Positions 51,189-61,887 of a DNA stretch of 64,000 bases are shown one piece after another. The DNA is taken from contig OZ257156.1 of the NCBI GenBank assembly GCA_965279375.1, forward strand, positions 160,001-224,000, read 5' to 3'. Every line of letters begins with the position of its first letter. Position 1 is the first letter of the stretch. The notes under the pieces are model-generated. The model was given only the letters and a program-made list of their open reading frames with translations, made no database searches and was not told where the DNA came from. The translations under genes and the position numbers were made by a program. The stretch is from Gemmatimonas sp. GTDB taxonomy: Bacteria; Gemmatimonadota; Gemmatimonadetes; Gemmatimonadales; Gemmatimonadaceae.

Positions 51189-54100
51189 CTAACGCGGCGC
51201 CGTGACGACTACCTCGCGCTGACCCGCTGTCAGTGCCACAGTCTGCTCTGCCCCGCCCGGCCAGCGCACCCACACCGAGAGCGCGTCGCTGCCGGTCGCG
51301 GTGGGCATCGCCAACACTGGCGAGACCGCATCCACCGACCAGTAGCCAGCGCCCTGATGCACTTCGCGGAGCGGACCGCGCGCGCTGCCGTGGACGATAC
51401 GCAACTGCGCGCCCACGCCCGACGGATTGCTCGCCGATCCCACCAGACGTACACGCACGCCGGGCGTTCCGCGCACGTTGCGCCAGAGCGTCATCGGCGC
51501 GCCGTTCTGCGACACGGCAAGATCCACTCGGCCGTCACCATCAAAGTCCGCAGCGGCCGCGCCTCGTGAATCGCCCCTGACCGCAATACCGCTCTGCTGC
51601 ACCGTCTGCGATACGAAGCCACCCGAGCCGTCGCCGAGCAGCAGCAGACCAGCACCTGCGTCAAAACGCATCGTGTTGATCTCTGTGGGGAAGAAGTTTT
51701 GCGCGAGGAAGAGATCCTCGCGCCCATCACCATCGAAGTCAGCGACCACTACACCAAACGCGGGCGCGAGCTGGGCAACGGTGGGTAGCGCGTGTGCCTC
51801 AAAGTGGCCGTTGCGATTGAGGAATATCGTATGCAGGAAGGTCGTCGCGCCTACGCGCATCGCACGCGACGCGTCCGCGCCAAGGAGCGCATCGACGTCG
51901 GCCTTGGAGAATGCGGCGTACGTGGCAAATCGCTCCTTGACCGAGGGCAGCGCCGCATTGATGCGCGAGAACGGATCGAGCGGCATTTCGCGGCGCGTGA
52001 GGGAGTCTGCGCGCGCCGGAATCAGCGCCAGTCGATCGCCTGCCACCGCGCCGACCACCAACTCGTACGGCCGGCTGACCGACGTCTGCCACGGCACGTT
52101 GCGCCCCCAGCTCGTGGCGACGATGTCTAACCGCCCGTCGCCATCGAAGTCGCCGACGTTCACGCCGTTCCATCGGCTCAGCACATCACCCAGCCCCCAT
52201 GCGCGCGTAACGTCACGCAGCGCGCCGTTCTCGTTGTGCAGCACGCGAATGGGGCCAAACTCTGTGGCGATGAGCAGTTCGGGACGCGTATCACCATCGA
52301 GATCGGCAAAGACCGCGGACGACACGAGCCCCAGCGCCGAGAGCGCCCGCGCGTTGCCGTCGTCCGCAACGAACGACCCGTCTGCCGCCCCGAGCAGCAA
52401 TCGCGAGCGCGCCGGCAAAGGCCACGCGCCGGGTATCGCACGCGCACCGACAAACAGATCGAGACGGCCATCGCCGTTCACGTCGGCCATCGCGAGCGCA
52501 CCAACGCTGGCCGAATCGCCCGCCGCGACCACTGTGGCCGCGCCCGTACGTGCGCCAGCGGAGAAGCCGAGGACCGACGGAAGCGCCAAGGCGTCGCTCG
52601 TCGACGCGGCCTCGTAATTCGATTGACCGACGAGCAGATGCGTGCCTGTGCGGCCGTTGGGTGCGCCGAGCACTGTGGTGAGGTCCACCGCCTGCAGTGC
52701 ACCGGGGGTCGCAAGCGGAATGAATTGCGATCCCGTGTTGCGCAGCACGTTGAGCTTGCCGCCGCGCCCACTGCCGAAGACCAGATCATCGCGACCGTCA
52801 CCGTCGATATCGATCCAACTCACGCCCGGCCCCAGCTGGCTCAGTCGTGTGGGGAGCAACGGCTGTCGTTTGAAGTCGGCGTAGAGCGAGTCCACATGCG
52901 TTGCGCCGCGCAGCAGCGACGTCGCGTCAGCAAAGAGCGGCGCAGATGCGCGAGTGGAATCCGCCGCCGCATCAGTGGCCGCCGCTTCATCGATCTCGTA
53001 CAGCCGATTGGCGCGCGCCGTCGTGATGACACTGACCTTGCCGCTCCGCCAGCGCACCGTAAGCGAGGTGGCTGCGCTCGAGTCGGCGGCGAACGTCAAC
53101 TGCGCGTCGCTTCCCGAGAGGTAGTAGCCGCCGGAGGTCATTTCACGCGACTGCATGGGAAGCGCACCACTCCGCACCGTGACCAGCGCACCAACGCCTT
53201 GGGTGTTGGCACCGACGCCGCGCAAACGCACCGAGATGCGCGGTGCGTTCGACGTGCTCCGATACACCACAGACGGCGCGTTCAGCCGTGTGACCACGAC
53301 ATCGAGCGCACCATCGCCATCGAGATCGGCGACAGCAAGCCCCTGCGAGACGGCGCTGTCCACGCCGAATCCCCAGCGCTGACTCACGTCGGCAAACGAC
53401 AGGTCACCGCCATTGCGCAGCGCGACGCTGGGCGTGCGCAGCATCGGGAACTCTGCCGACTCACGATTCCAGGGCACGCGGGGAAAGCTGTTGCGAATGC
53501 GATCGTACGGATCGGCCTCGCGCACGTCGTAGCGATGCCCGTTCACCGCGAGCAGATCTTCGTAGCCATCGAGATCCACGTCGAGAAATGCCGAACCCCA
53601 CGTCCAGTCGGTGGCACTGACACCGGCCAGATCCGCGATCTGCGCGTACGTGCCATCACCGCGCGAGAGCTGCAGCATGTTGCGCATCCACTGCGTGCGT
53701 TCGGGCGAGAGGCCGACAGGCTTTTGCAGCGGCGTGTGCGTAGGAACTTGGCGCTGCCGAGCCTCGAGCGTGGGCGCGAGCATGTCCGTGGTGAAGATGT
53801 CCACGTTGCCATCGCGATTGATGTCACCGAAATCCACCGACATGCTGGTGTTGCTGGTGGCACGCAGCGCCGTCTGCGGAGCAAGCTGGAAGTTCCCCTG
53901 TCCGTCGTTGATCCAGAACTGGTCGGGGTCTTCGAGATCGTTGCACACGTACAGATCCGGCGCGCCATCCTGATTCACATCGTAGAACCGTGCAGCGAGA
54001 CTGAAATAATCGGGATCCACGGCGAGTTGCACGCCGCGCTCGTCACGAAAGCGGGGCCCAAGCACAGGTGTGCGCGTGAAGTGCCCCTTGCCGTCATTCA

Positions 54101-54875
54101 GAAAGAAGAGATCGCGTTCGGCTCGCTGTGACCGCATGAAGCCACCGAGATCGGGCCGAGCCTCCACGCGATACTCGGCGCGCCATTCGGGCAACACAAC
54201 GACCGAGTCCCCGACCTTCTTGAGCACCTGATCGAAGGCGCGCGCCTGCGGCGGGAACGCATCGAGTGCGTTTCTCGTCTTGTAGGTCGCGACGTAGAGA
54301 TCGAGCGAGCCGTTGCCGTCGACGTCGGCAAGGGTCATGGTGGTCGCGTTCACGCCGCCACTCAGTCCGCTGCCGGCCGTTGCGTCGGTGAAGTGCCCCT
54401 TGCCGTCGTTGAGATAGAGCTTGAGCGGTCCACCAAACGTTCCGGCAATGAGATCCAGGTGCCGATCGCCATTCACGTCCGCGAGCACGACGCTCGTCGT
54501 CGAGACGCCTGTGAAGTCGAGACCACTCGCCTTCGTGACGTCTGAGAAATGCATCTCGCCATCGTTGCGATACAACGCCGCCGGCTTCTCCTCCGAAGCC
54601 AGCACCACGTCGGGTCGGCCATCGCCATCGACATCGCCGAGTGCAACGCCCGCACCATCGAGCAGGCCGCGATTGTCGAGGCCATGTTCGACGTCGATGT
54701 CATTCTGATGTGTCAGACCGGTGGCGGCGGCGTTGAGCATCGTGAAGCCGACATGGTCGCTGCGCGGGATGGCTAGCTGTCGCCAGCGATACCCGCTCTC
54801 CTGATGCCAACTGGTATCGACAGGCGGCGCACTGCATGCAACGAGGAGCACGCAGAGTACCGTTAGACGCCTCAT
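51189..54875 (-). CDS. FG-GAP/VCBS-repeat lipoprotein with two ASPIC/UnbV-like domains (CRTAC1-like)
   Basis: LVAC lipobox, many DxDGDGxxD repeats, two ASPIC-like ends (VRWRSG, VRWPGG). ATGA overlap with the upstream gene. Confidence 0.88.
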   Translation of the reverse strand: MRRLTVLCVLLVACSAPPVDTSWHQESGYRWRQLAIPRSDHVGFTMLNAAATGLTHQNDIDVEHGLDNRGLLDGAGVALGDVDGDGRPDVVLASEEKPAALYRNDGEMHFSDVTKASGLDFTGVSTTSVVLADVNGDRHLDLIAGTFGGPLKLYLNDGKGHFTDATAGSGLSGGVNATTMTLADVDGNGSLDLYVATYKTRNALDAFPPQARAFDQVLKKVGDSVVVLPEWRAEYRVEARPDLGGFMRSQRAERDLFFLNDGKGHFTRTPVLGPRFRDERGVQLAVDPDYFSLAARFYDVNQDGAPDLYVCNDLEDPDQFWINDGQGNFQLAPQTALRATSNTSMSVDFGDINRDGNVDIFTTDMLAPTLEARQRQVPTHTPLQKPVGLSPERTQWMRNMLQLSRGDGTYAQIADLAGVSATDWTWGSAFLDVDLDGYEDLLAVNGHRYDVREADPYDRIRNSFPRVPWNRESAEFPMLRTPSVALRNGGDLSFADVSQRWGFGVDSAVSQGLAVADLDGDGALDVVVTRLNAPSVVYRSTSNAPRISVRLRGVGANTQGVGALVTVRSGALPMQSREMTSGGYYLSGSDAQLTFAADSSAATSLTVRWRSGKVSVITTARANRLYEIDEAAATDAAADSTRASAPLFADATSLLRGATHVDSLYADFKRQPLLPTRLSQLGPGVSWIDIDGDGRDDLVFGSGRGGKLNVLRNTGSQFIPLATPGALQAVDLTTVLGAPNGRTGTHLLVGQSNYEAASTSDALALPSVLGFSAGARTGAATVVAAGDSASVGALAMADVNGDGRLDLFVGARAIPGAWPLPARSRLLLGAADGSFVADDGNARALSALGLVSSAVFADLDGDTRPELLIATEFGPIRVLHNENGALRDVTRAWGLGDVLSRWNGVNVGDFDGDGRLDIVATSWGRNVPWQTSVSRPYELVVGAVAGDRLALIPARADSLTRREMPLDPFSRINAALPSVKERFATYAAFSKADVDALLGADASRAMRVGATTFLHTIFLNRNGHFEAHALPTVAQLAPAFGVVVADFDGDGREDLFLAQNFFPTEINTMRFDAGAGLLLLGDGSGGFVSQTVQQSGIAVRGDSRGAAAADFDGDGRVDLAVSQNGAPMTLWRNVRGTPGVRVRLVGSASNPSGVGAQLRIVHGSARGPLREVHQGAGYWSVDAVSPVLAMPTATGSDALSVWVRWPGGAEQTVALTAGQREVVVTAPR

Positions 54876-56374
54876 GCGCCGCGCCGGGTCTTGAGTGTGC
54901 GCATCACCTTGCGACCGATGCACTGCCCCTGCGTGAGACCATCGACCACTGCCGGGAAGTAGTGCACCCCCGCGTAGACGCGAGAGATCGCGACTTCGTC
55001 GCGCGCGGCGGTGAACGATTTGAAATTTCGCGGCGGTTGGCCGATATCCACCTGCGTGGAGTCGATGTACGCGATCGTGTCGCCGAGCAGCGCGGTGAGC
55101 GCCTCCACGGCCGCCGCCGATTGCACCGAGTGCCCTGAGGGATACTCGGGGAACGGTGGTGTAGGGATCACCGTCTGGAACTTCGGGTCGAAGACGCGCT
55201 GCGCATACGCAACCGGACGCACAACATTCGAGCGATACTTCTCGCGCCAGCATCCGATGAACGCATCGGCGATAGCGATCGACGTCATCGCATACAGCTC
55301 GACCGCCGCGTCGGCACTCAGGTTGCGGCGTGCGACCATCAAGTTCACGACGCTGATCCAGTGAAAGCCCGGCGTGCCGGTAGCGACGGGATTGTCAGCC
55401 CAGAACAGCGCGATCTGCCGCTGCTCGGGCGACATTGCGAGCACCGTGTCATAGAACTGCTTGCCCATCTTCCAGAAGGGCGAGTCGACCTGCTCGGAGT
55501 ACACGGGCGGTGGCGGTGGCGCGCACTCGTCGCCCGTGGCCAGCACAAACGGACGCAGATTGCCCCAGTACGGCTCGGTCGGTTTTGTGGGGTTGAACGC
55601 CGGCAACGTCGTTGGACCTTCGGCCTTGGGGCGATTGGTGAACGTGCCCTTGCTCGTGGCGTTCTCGACGTCTTCGTGAATGTTGGGATTCGCAAACTGA
55701 ACGAGATCGCTTTGCCCCGAGAGCGTTTGCGGCACGAACTGCGCGATGTTGGCCGTGTTGCTCCACTCTTCGCGCTTGCCGGATGGTGCCCACGGACGAC
55801 CGCGCGTCGCAAAGAAGCTGTCGGCGGCGGCCCATGCGAGAATGGCTCCCCCAATGGCACGACCGTGTGCCAGCGAGCGCGACTTCTCCTCGGCATTCAC
55901 GCCGGCGGCCACGCGCGCGTCGACCTGCGCGGCGGCGAGCGAGTCTACCGTGCGACGCGTGCCGACCATTCCGTCGCGAAAGAGCGAATCGAGCACGACG
56001 CGCTCCGCTTCAGCCGCGACGATGGCACCGTCGAGCGGATCGCTGCCTGCGGGCGCGGGGAGCGAGGAGAGGCCGTTGAGCTGACCACTGAGCGAGCGGA
56101 GCGATCCACGCGAATCGGCGGCATACCCTTCGTAGAGCGCGACGGCGCTGTAGGCAGAGATCCGTGCAGCGATCGGGGGCCCGAGTCGCTCGCTGCGCAC
56201 GAATGCCAGCGACGTGCGCAACCACTGCGACACGAGCTGCGGATCTGTAGGCGCCGGGGACTTATCGCAGGCGGCACTCCCGGCAACGAGCGCACTCACT
56301 AGGACAGAGGCGCAAAGGCCAAGGCGCCTGCTCGTGCGCGCGTGAATCAGTCGGTGGCGCATTCGTGGTTCCAT
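54872..56374 (-). CDS. Vanadium-dependent haloperoxidase / PAP2-superfamily protein, probable lipoprotein
   Basis: K...RP (EKYRSNVVRP), YPSGHS, SRVYAGVHY, FWAD motifs. Hydrophobic leader ending SAAC. Confidence 0.85.
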   Translation of the reverse strand: MEPRMRHRLIHARTSRRLGLCASVLVSALVAGSAACDKSPAPTDPQLVSQWLRTSLAFVRSERLGPPIAARISAYSAVALYEGYAADSRGSLRSLSGQLNGLSSLPAPAGSDPLDGAIVAAEAERVVLDSLFRDGMVGTRRTVDSLAAAQVDARVAAGVNAEEKSRSLAHGRAIGGAILAWAAADSFFATRGRPWAPSGKREEWSNTANIAQFVPQTLSGQSDLVQFANPNIHEDVENATSKGTFTNRPKAEGPTTLPAFNPTKPTEPYWGNLRPFVLATGDECAPPPPPVYSEQVDSPFWKMGKQFYDTVLAMSPEQRQIALFWADNPVATGTPGFHWISVVNLMVARRNLSADAAVELYAMTSIAIADAFIGCWREKYRSNVVRPVAYAQRVFDPKFQTVIPTPPFPEYPSGHSVQSAAAVEALTALLGDTIAYIDSTQVDIGQPPRNFKSFTAARDEVAISRVYAGVHYFPAVVDGLTQGQCIGRKVMRTLKTRRGA

Positions 56375-56553
56375 CGGGTGACTCGAGCGTGCGGGCGAGA
56401 GTGAGGCAGTGAGAACTCGCGTTGAGAGAGCGCGACTCGCGTAGGTTACGGCCCATTCCTCGGCCACGGTAGAGCGACAATGGTGCCGAGCGGTGCGCTC
56501 GCGGTGACGAACGGTGGATCGCTTGGCACGAGCACACGGCGTACCTTAGCAGC

Positions 56554-57327
56554 ATGCCGTCCCACTGCCTCCCCACGCTGCAGCCTTCCACGCACGGCGC
56601 AACAGTATCTCCGACATCGAGGTGCGTGTTCTCAGTGCTCGCCGCGCTGTTGGCGCTGCTGACTGTGTCGTGCGATAGTCGCGCGCCCAATACATCGGTC
56701 CGCAGTGCAGCGGCAGAGGTGTCGAGTGTGGACGTACGTCGCCTCTCGCCGGCACGAAAGGCGGCCATGCCGGACATCATCGTGCAGGCCGCGGATCGTT
56801 CTCGACAGATCGGGGACGAACGCGCACGTGTTCAACTGTACGTGATCAGTGACTACCAGTGCGCAGAGTGCCGTGCGTGGTACTCCGCCGTGTTGCCCGA
56901 GCTTCGTCGGTCGTACGTGGACTCGGGTATCGTCCGCCTGACCTGGGTGCACTACCCGTTGCGCGCGCACCCCAACGCCGTGCGCGCGGCCAGCGCCGCA
57001 CTCTGCGCGGGCTCGCAGGGGAACGACATGTTCTGGGCGGCGAGTGAGCGACTGTTCGCGGAGCAGCCGCGGTGGAGTGACGTAGCCGATCCCGCGCCGG
57101 TGTTGGACTCGCTGGTGACGAGTGTCGGCGTCGAGCCCTTCGCCTTGCGGAGCTGCACGTCGAGCGGGCGCCTGCTGCGGCAGATTCGGGCGGATATCGA
57201 CTGGACGGACAAGGCTGACGCTGGCGCGCCACTGCTGGTCCTCGTGGGCACTCGGCGGGTCGCTGGCGGCGCATCGATGTCGGTGCTGCGGCCCGTGCTC
57301 GACTCCGCCATCGCTGCGGCCCGGTAG
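56554..57327 (+). CDS. DsbA-family thioredoxin-fold protein
   Basis: SDYQCAEC, HYPL...H, AA.AA.CA. Start uncertain. Confidence 0.8.
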   Translation: MPSHCLPTLQPSTHGATVSPTSRCVFSVLAALLALLTVSCDSRAPNTSVRSAAAEVSSVDVRRLSPARKAAMPDIIVQAADRSRQIGDERARVQLYVISDYQCAECRAWYSAVLPELRRSYVDSGIVRLTWVHYPLRAHPNAVRAASAALCAGSQGNDMFWAASERLFAEQPRWSDVADPAPVLDSLVTSVGVEPFALRSCTSSGRLLRQIRADIDWTDKADAGAPLLVLVGTRRVAGGASMSVLRPVLDSAIAAAR

Positions 57328-57493
57328 TCGAGCGCGCTCGCGCGCGCGATCCGACTGTTGACCCCCGGCGCGGGGGGACGCACTGTAGCGGGGCTGAGAG
57401 CTTGCTTCATCGTCCCCGGGAGGGACGCACCGGACCGATGGTGCGTTTGTCCTCCTCGCGACATTCCGCCCCGTCAACCGCCCGAGACCGCGT

Positions 57494-60400
57494 ATGCTGC
57501 CGTATCGACCGTTGCTGTTGCTCGCGCTTCCCGCCGTCGTGGGGGGCACGCTCGGCGTGATCCACCGCGCGGACGTGGATGATCGCCTTCCGTCGCGCGC
57601 CGCAGCGCCCGCCGTGCTCGACTCGACGCTGCGTGCGTCGTATCGCTGGCGCAACATCGGCCCCGATCGTGGTGGCCGATCGATTGCGTCGAGTGGTGTG
57701 AAGGGGCGCCCGAAAGAGGCGTACTTCGGCGCCGTCGGCGGCGGCCTGTGGAAGACGTCGGACGGTGGCGAGACCTGGGCGCCGGTGACAGACGGACAGA
57801 TCAACAGCGCCTCGGTGGGCGCCGTCGCCGTGAGTGAGAGCAATCCGGACGTTATCTACATCGGTACCGGCGAAACGTGCATTCGCGGCAACATCATGCC
57901 GGGCGATGGCATCTACAAGAGCAGCGACGCCGGCAAGACGTGGACGCATGTCGGATTTGCGGGCGTCGATGCGATCAGCAAGATCCGCGTGCATCCGACG
58001 AACCCGGACGTGGTGTTCGCGGCGGTGTTTGGCCAATACAGCGTGCCGAGCGCGCAACGCGGCGTCTTCAAGAGCGTCGACGGCGGCAAGAACTGGCGCA
58101 AGGTGTTGTTCCGCGATGACAAGACCGGCGCGATCGACATCAGCATGGATCGCAACAATCCGAACGTGCTCTACGCGGCGATGTGGGAGGCATACCGCAA
58201 GGAGTACCAGATGTCGAGCGGCGGCACCGGCAGCGGCCTGTTCAAGAGCACCGACGGCGGCGAGACGTGGACCGAGATCACGCGCAACGCCGGTATGCCC
58301 ACCGGGCTCGTTGGGCGCATTGGCGTGGCCGTGAGCTCCGCGAATTCCAATCGCGTGTATGCCATCGTCGAAAATGACGAAGGCGGTCTGTTCAAGAGCG
58401 ATGACGCGGGCGCGACGTGGAGCGTTGTGAACGAGGACCGCAGCATCCGTCAGCGCGCGTTCTACTACACGCACGTCTTTGCCGATCACAAGAATGCGGA
58501 TGTCGTGTATCTGCAGAACACGTCGATGTTCCGTTCCACGGATGGCGGCAAGACGCTGCAGAACGCTGGCAACGGTACGCATGGCGACCATCATGATCTG
58601 TGGATCGACATGGACGATCCAACGCATCTGGTCAACGCCAACGACGGCGGCGGCGCCGTGTCGTTCAACACCGGGCGGGCGTGGAGCGAGCAGGACTTCC
58701 CCACGGAGCAGTTCTACCATGTGATCACGACGGCGCACGTGCCGTTTCATCTGTGCGGCTCGCAGCAGGACAACAGCACGCTGTGCACGCCGATGAATTG
58801 GAACGCGAACGCCGGCTTTGGTCGTGGCGGCGGTGCCGGTGCGGGCGCGCTCAACGCGGGCGCCGTTGCGCAGCCCGCGTCGGGCGGTATGGCCGTTTCG
58901 TATCAGGTGGGTGGCGGAGAGCCGGGTTACATCGGTGCCGACCCGAACGATCCGGACCTGTTCTACGCCGGCACGAACAACGGCGGCTATCTCGACAAGT
59001 TCAACCGTCGTACCGGCCTTGGCCGCGAAGTGAATCCGTATCCGTGGTTCTACTCGGGCGAGCCGTCGAAGGACATCAAGGAGCGGTGGCAGTGGACGTA
59101 TCCGATCGTCTTCTCGCCGCTCGACAAGAAGACGTTGTACGTATCGTCGCAGCGGTTGTGGGCCACGAAGGATGGCGGCAAGACGTGGGCGAATCTGAGC
59201 GGCGACCTCACGCGCCATGCGCCGGAAACGCAGGAGAAGTCGGGCGGTCCGATCACGGGCGACATGAACGGCCCCGAAGTGTACGGCGTGATTTTCTCCA
59301 TCGGACCGAGCAAGAAGAACATCAACACCATCTGGACCGGCTCGGATGATGGGCTCGTGCACGTCACGCGCGACAACGGCAAGACGTGGGCGAACGTGAC
59401 ACCCAAGGAGATGCCGGACTTCGGTCGCGTGAGCCAGATCGATGCGTCGGCGTTCAACGATGGCGCCGCGTACATCAGCGTGCGCAAGCCGCTGCTCAAC
59501 GATCGTGCGCCGTACATCTTCAAGACCACCGACTACGGCAAGACGTGGACGAAGATCGTCAACGGCATCGGTGCGGAAGCGTATGTGCACGCGGTGCGCG
59601 AAGATCCGTATCGCAAGGGTCTGCTGTATGCGGCCACCCAGCAGGGCGTCTACATCTCGTACGACGACGGCGCGAACTGGGAGAGCCTGATGCTCAACAT
59701 GCCGAACGTGCCGATTGCCGACCTGATCGTCGAGCAGAACGAGCTCGCCATCGCGTCGCACGGCCGCGGCTTCTGGGTCCTCGACAACATTTCTCCGTTG
59801 CGTCAAGCGTCGCCGGCGGTGAGTGCGGCGGACATTCATCTGTTCACGCCGGCGGCCGCGATTCGCGGCAACGGTGCAGCACCGATCAGCTACATCCTCA
59901 AGACTGTTCCCAAGCGGTTGTCGTTGCAGATCGTGGATTCGGTGGGTGGCGTGATGCGCAGCTTCGAGCCTGACACGAGCAGTGCACCGGCCGCGGCGCC
60001 GCAGGGTGGCCGGCGTGGTGGTGGGCCGAGCACGATCCCCAAGAACGTCGGGCTCAATCGCCTCAACTGGGACATGCGCATTGGCAGCATCGAGAGCTTC
60101 CCGGGAATGATCCTGTGGGGCGCGGGCACCAACGGTCCCGCCGTTCCGCCGGGGAAGTACACGGTTAAACTCATCGCCGACGGAAAGACGCTGACGGCGC
60201 CGCTGGTGGTCAAGCGCAATCCGCGCATTCCCGACGTGACCGATGCCGAGCTGCGCGCGCAGTACCTGTTCGGCAAGCGGGTGCGCGACAAGGCGACGGA
60301 AGCGAACCAGGCCGTGATCGCGATTCGCCGCGTGAAGCTGCAGCTCGAAGACCGCCTCAAGAAGGCGGCCGACGACGCGGCGCTCAAGTCGGCCGGTTCG

Positions 60401-60727
60401 ACGCTCAAGACCAACTCGTCGGCCGTGGAAGAGAACGTGTACCAGGTGCGCAATCAGAGCGGCCAGGACCCGCTCAACTTCCCGATCAAGGTGAACAACC
60501 GCATCGCCAACCTGCTGTCGATGTCGGAGCGTGGCGATGGCGCGCCGACGACGAACATGCCGGAGATCTTCGGCATCCTGACCAAGGAATTGAAAGTCTA
60601 CACGGACCGTCTGGATGTGGTGTGGAAGACCGATCTCGTGGCCGTGAACAAGGAACTGGCCCGTCTCAAGCTTCCGCTCATCGACCCCACGTGCGCCAAG
60701 GCTGAAGGCTGCACGGCCACGCCGTGA
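57494..60727 (+). CDS. Secreted BNR/Asp-box (VPS10-like) beta-propeller protein, putative glycoside hydrolase
   Basis: WRNIGP.RGGR and many S.DGG.TW Asp-box repeats, with a C-terminal helical region. Confidence 0.85.
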   Translation: MLPYRPLLLLALPAVVGGTLGVIHRADVDDRLPSRAAAPAVLDSTLRASYRWRNIGPDRGGRSIASSGVKGRPKEAYFGAVGGGLWKTSDGGETWAPVTDGQINSASVGAVAVSESNPDVIYIGTGETCIRGNIMPGDGIYKSSDAGKTWTHVGFAGVDAISKIRVHPTNPDVVFAAVFGQYSVPSAQRGVFKSVDGGKNWRKVLFRDDKTGAIDISMDRNNPNVLYAAMWEAYRKEYQMSSGGTGSGLFKSTDGGETWTEITRNAGMPTGLVGRIGVAVSSANSNRVYAIVENDEGGLFKSDDAGATWSVVNEDRSIRQRAFYYTHVFADHKNADVVYLQNTSMFRSTDGGKTLQNAGNGTHGDHHDLWIDMDDPTHLVNANDGGGAVSFNTGRAWSEQDFPTEQFYHVITTAHVPFHLCGSQQDNSTLCTPMNWNANAGFGRGGGAGAGALNAGAVAQPASGGMAVSYQVGGGEPGYIGADPNDPDLFYAGTNNGGYLDKFNRRTGLGREVNPYPWFYSGEPSKDIKERWQWTYPIVFSPLDKKTLYVSSQRLWATKDGGKTWANLSGDLTRHAPETQEKSGGPITGDMNGPEVYGVIFSIGPSKKNINTIWTGSDDGLVHVTRDNGKTWANVTPKEMPDFGRVSQIDASAFNDGAAYISVRKPLLNDRAPYIFKTTDYGKTWTKIVNGIGAEAYVHAVREDPYRKGLLYAATQQGVYISYDDGANWESLMLNMPNVPIADLIVEQNELAIASHGRGFWVLDNISPLRQASPAVSAADIHLFTPAAAIRGNGAAPISYILKTVPKRLSLQIVDSVGGVMRSFEPDTSSAPAAAPQGGRRGGGPSTIPKNVGLNRLNWDMRIGSIESFPGMILWGAGTNGPAVPPGKYTVKLIADGKTLTAPLVVKRNPRIPDVTDAELRAQYLFGKRVRDKATEANQAVIAIRRVKLQLEDRLKKAADDAALKSAGSTLKTNSSAVEENVYQVRNQSGQDPLNFPIKVNNRIANLLSMSERGDGAPTTNMPEIFGILTKELKVYTDRLDVVWKTDLVAVNKELARLKLPLIDPTCAKAEGCTATP

Positions 60728-60779
60728 TGCATTCCGCACAATGCGAAACGCCGCACATTCCCTCCTGAGGAGCATTCCG

Positions 60780-61880
60780 ATGTCCCGTTCACGTAGCGGA
60801 CTCGCCGCGCTGTCGCTCACCGCCGCCGCACTGGCGGGGTGCACGCTCCAGCGCGCGCAGCCGACCGCAGCCGCCTTCAAGTCGGCCGCGACGGATGATC
60901 ACATGAGCCACATGAGCGCCGCCGATATGGCGGCGCCCATGCGCTCGAGCAGTAACGGTTCCAACAGCACGTTTCAGGGCACGGCCGGCATTCCGGCCAG
61001 CAACGCGACGGCGGAGGCTCGCCTCAAGGCCAGCCCGCGTCACTCTGAATGGGTGAAGTTCCCCGCAACGCCGGGGTCGGCCGACTCGATCATGGCCTGG
61101 GTGGTGTATCCGGCCAGCCCGAACAGCCGCGCCAAGGCGCCCGTCGTCGTGGTAGTGCACGAGATCTTCGGGCTGTCGATGTGGGTGCGTGGTGTGGCCG
61201 ATCAAGTCGCGGCCGACGGCTTCATCGCCGTCGCGCCCGACTTCCTCTCGCGCGCGCGCGGTGGACCGAGCAACGTCGAACTCTCCGGCGACTCGGCGCG
61301 CAAGATCATCGGCGGCGTGAATGCCGCGGAAAAGAATGCCGTGATCAGCGCAGCAGCCAACTACGGCATGATGCTGCCGTCAGCGCAGCAGAAGTACGCC
61401 GTGATCGGCTACTGCTGGGGCGGCACGGCGTCGTTCGGCCACGCCGTCAACGGCGGCGTGAAGGGCTTTGCCGGTGCGGTGCCGTTTTACGGGGCGCCGT
61501 ACATGAGCAATGGCACACCGGCCACCGCGACCACGGCGGCCGTGCCGGGAGCCGTCAGCTCGGACTCACTCGCCAAGATCAAGGTGCCGGTGATGTTGCT
61601 CAGCGGCTCCAAGGACGCGCGCATCGGTGCGGCGATGCCGGCGATCGACTCGATCATGAAGTCGATGAAGAAGGAGTACTCGGGCACCAACTACGAGGGC
61701 GCCATCCACGGATTCCTGCGCGCGCAGGATGATCCAATCGCGCAGGGTCCGGTGCGTCCGGGCAGCACACCGCGCACGGCGGAGGACATGCAGGCCGAGC
61801 AGGCCGCGAATCTGGCGGCGGCGAAGGATGGTTGGGTGAAGACGGTGTCGTTTCTGAAGAAGAACCTCGGCGTCAAGTAA
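60780..61880 (+). CDS. Dienelactone hydrolase family lipoprotein
   Basis: GAGGAG RBS, LAGC lipobox, HEIFG, GYCWGG, HGF. Confidence 0.88.
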   Translation: MSRSRSGLAALSLTAAALAGCTLQRAQPTAAAFKSAATDDHMSHMSAADMAAPMRSSSNGSNSTFQGTAGIPASNATAEARLKASPRHSEWVKFPATPGSADSIMAWVVYPASPNSRAKAPVVVVVHEIFGLSMWVRGVADQVAADGFIAVAPDFLSRARGGPSNVELSGDSARKIIGGVNAAEKNAVISAAANYGMMLPSAQQKYAVIGYCWGGTASFGHAVNGGVKGFAGAVPFYGAPYMSNGTPATATTAAVPGAVSSDSLAKIKVPVMLLSGSKDARIGAAMPAIDSIMKSMKKEYSGTNYEGAIHGFLRAQDDPIAQGPVRPGSTPRTAEDMQAEQAANLAAAKDGWVKTVSFLKKNLGVK

Positions 61881-61887
61881 TCATCAG

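Noticed and set aside
54876..55253. N-terminal extension of the FG-GAP ORF
   Set aside because: Overlaps the haloperoxidase-like gene in another frame. The signal peptide and ATGA overlap fix the start at 54875.
57407..60880. 1157-aa minus-strand ORF
   Set aside because: Antisense shadow of the BNR-repeat gene.
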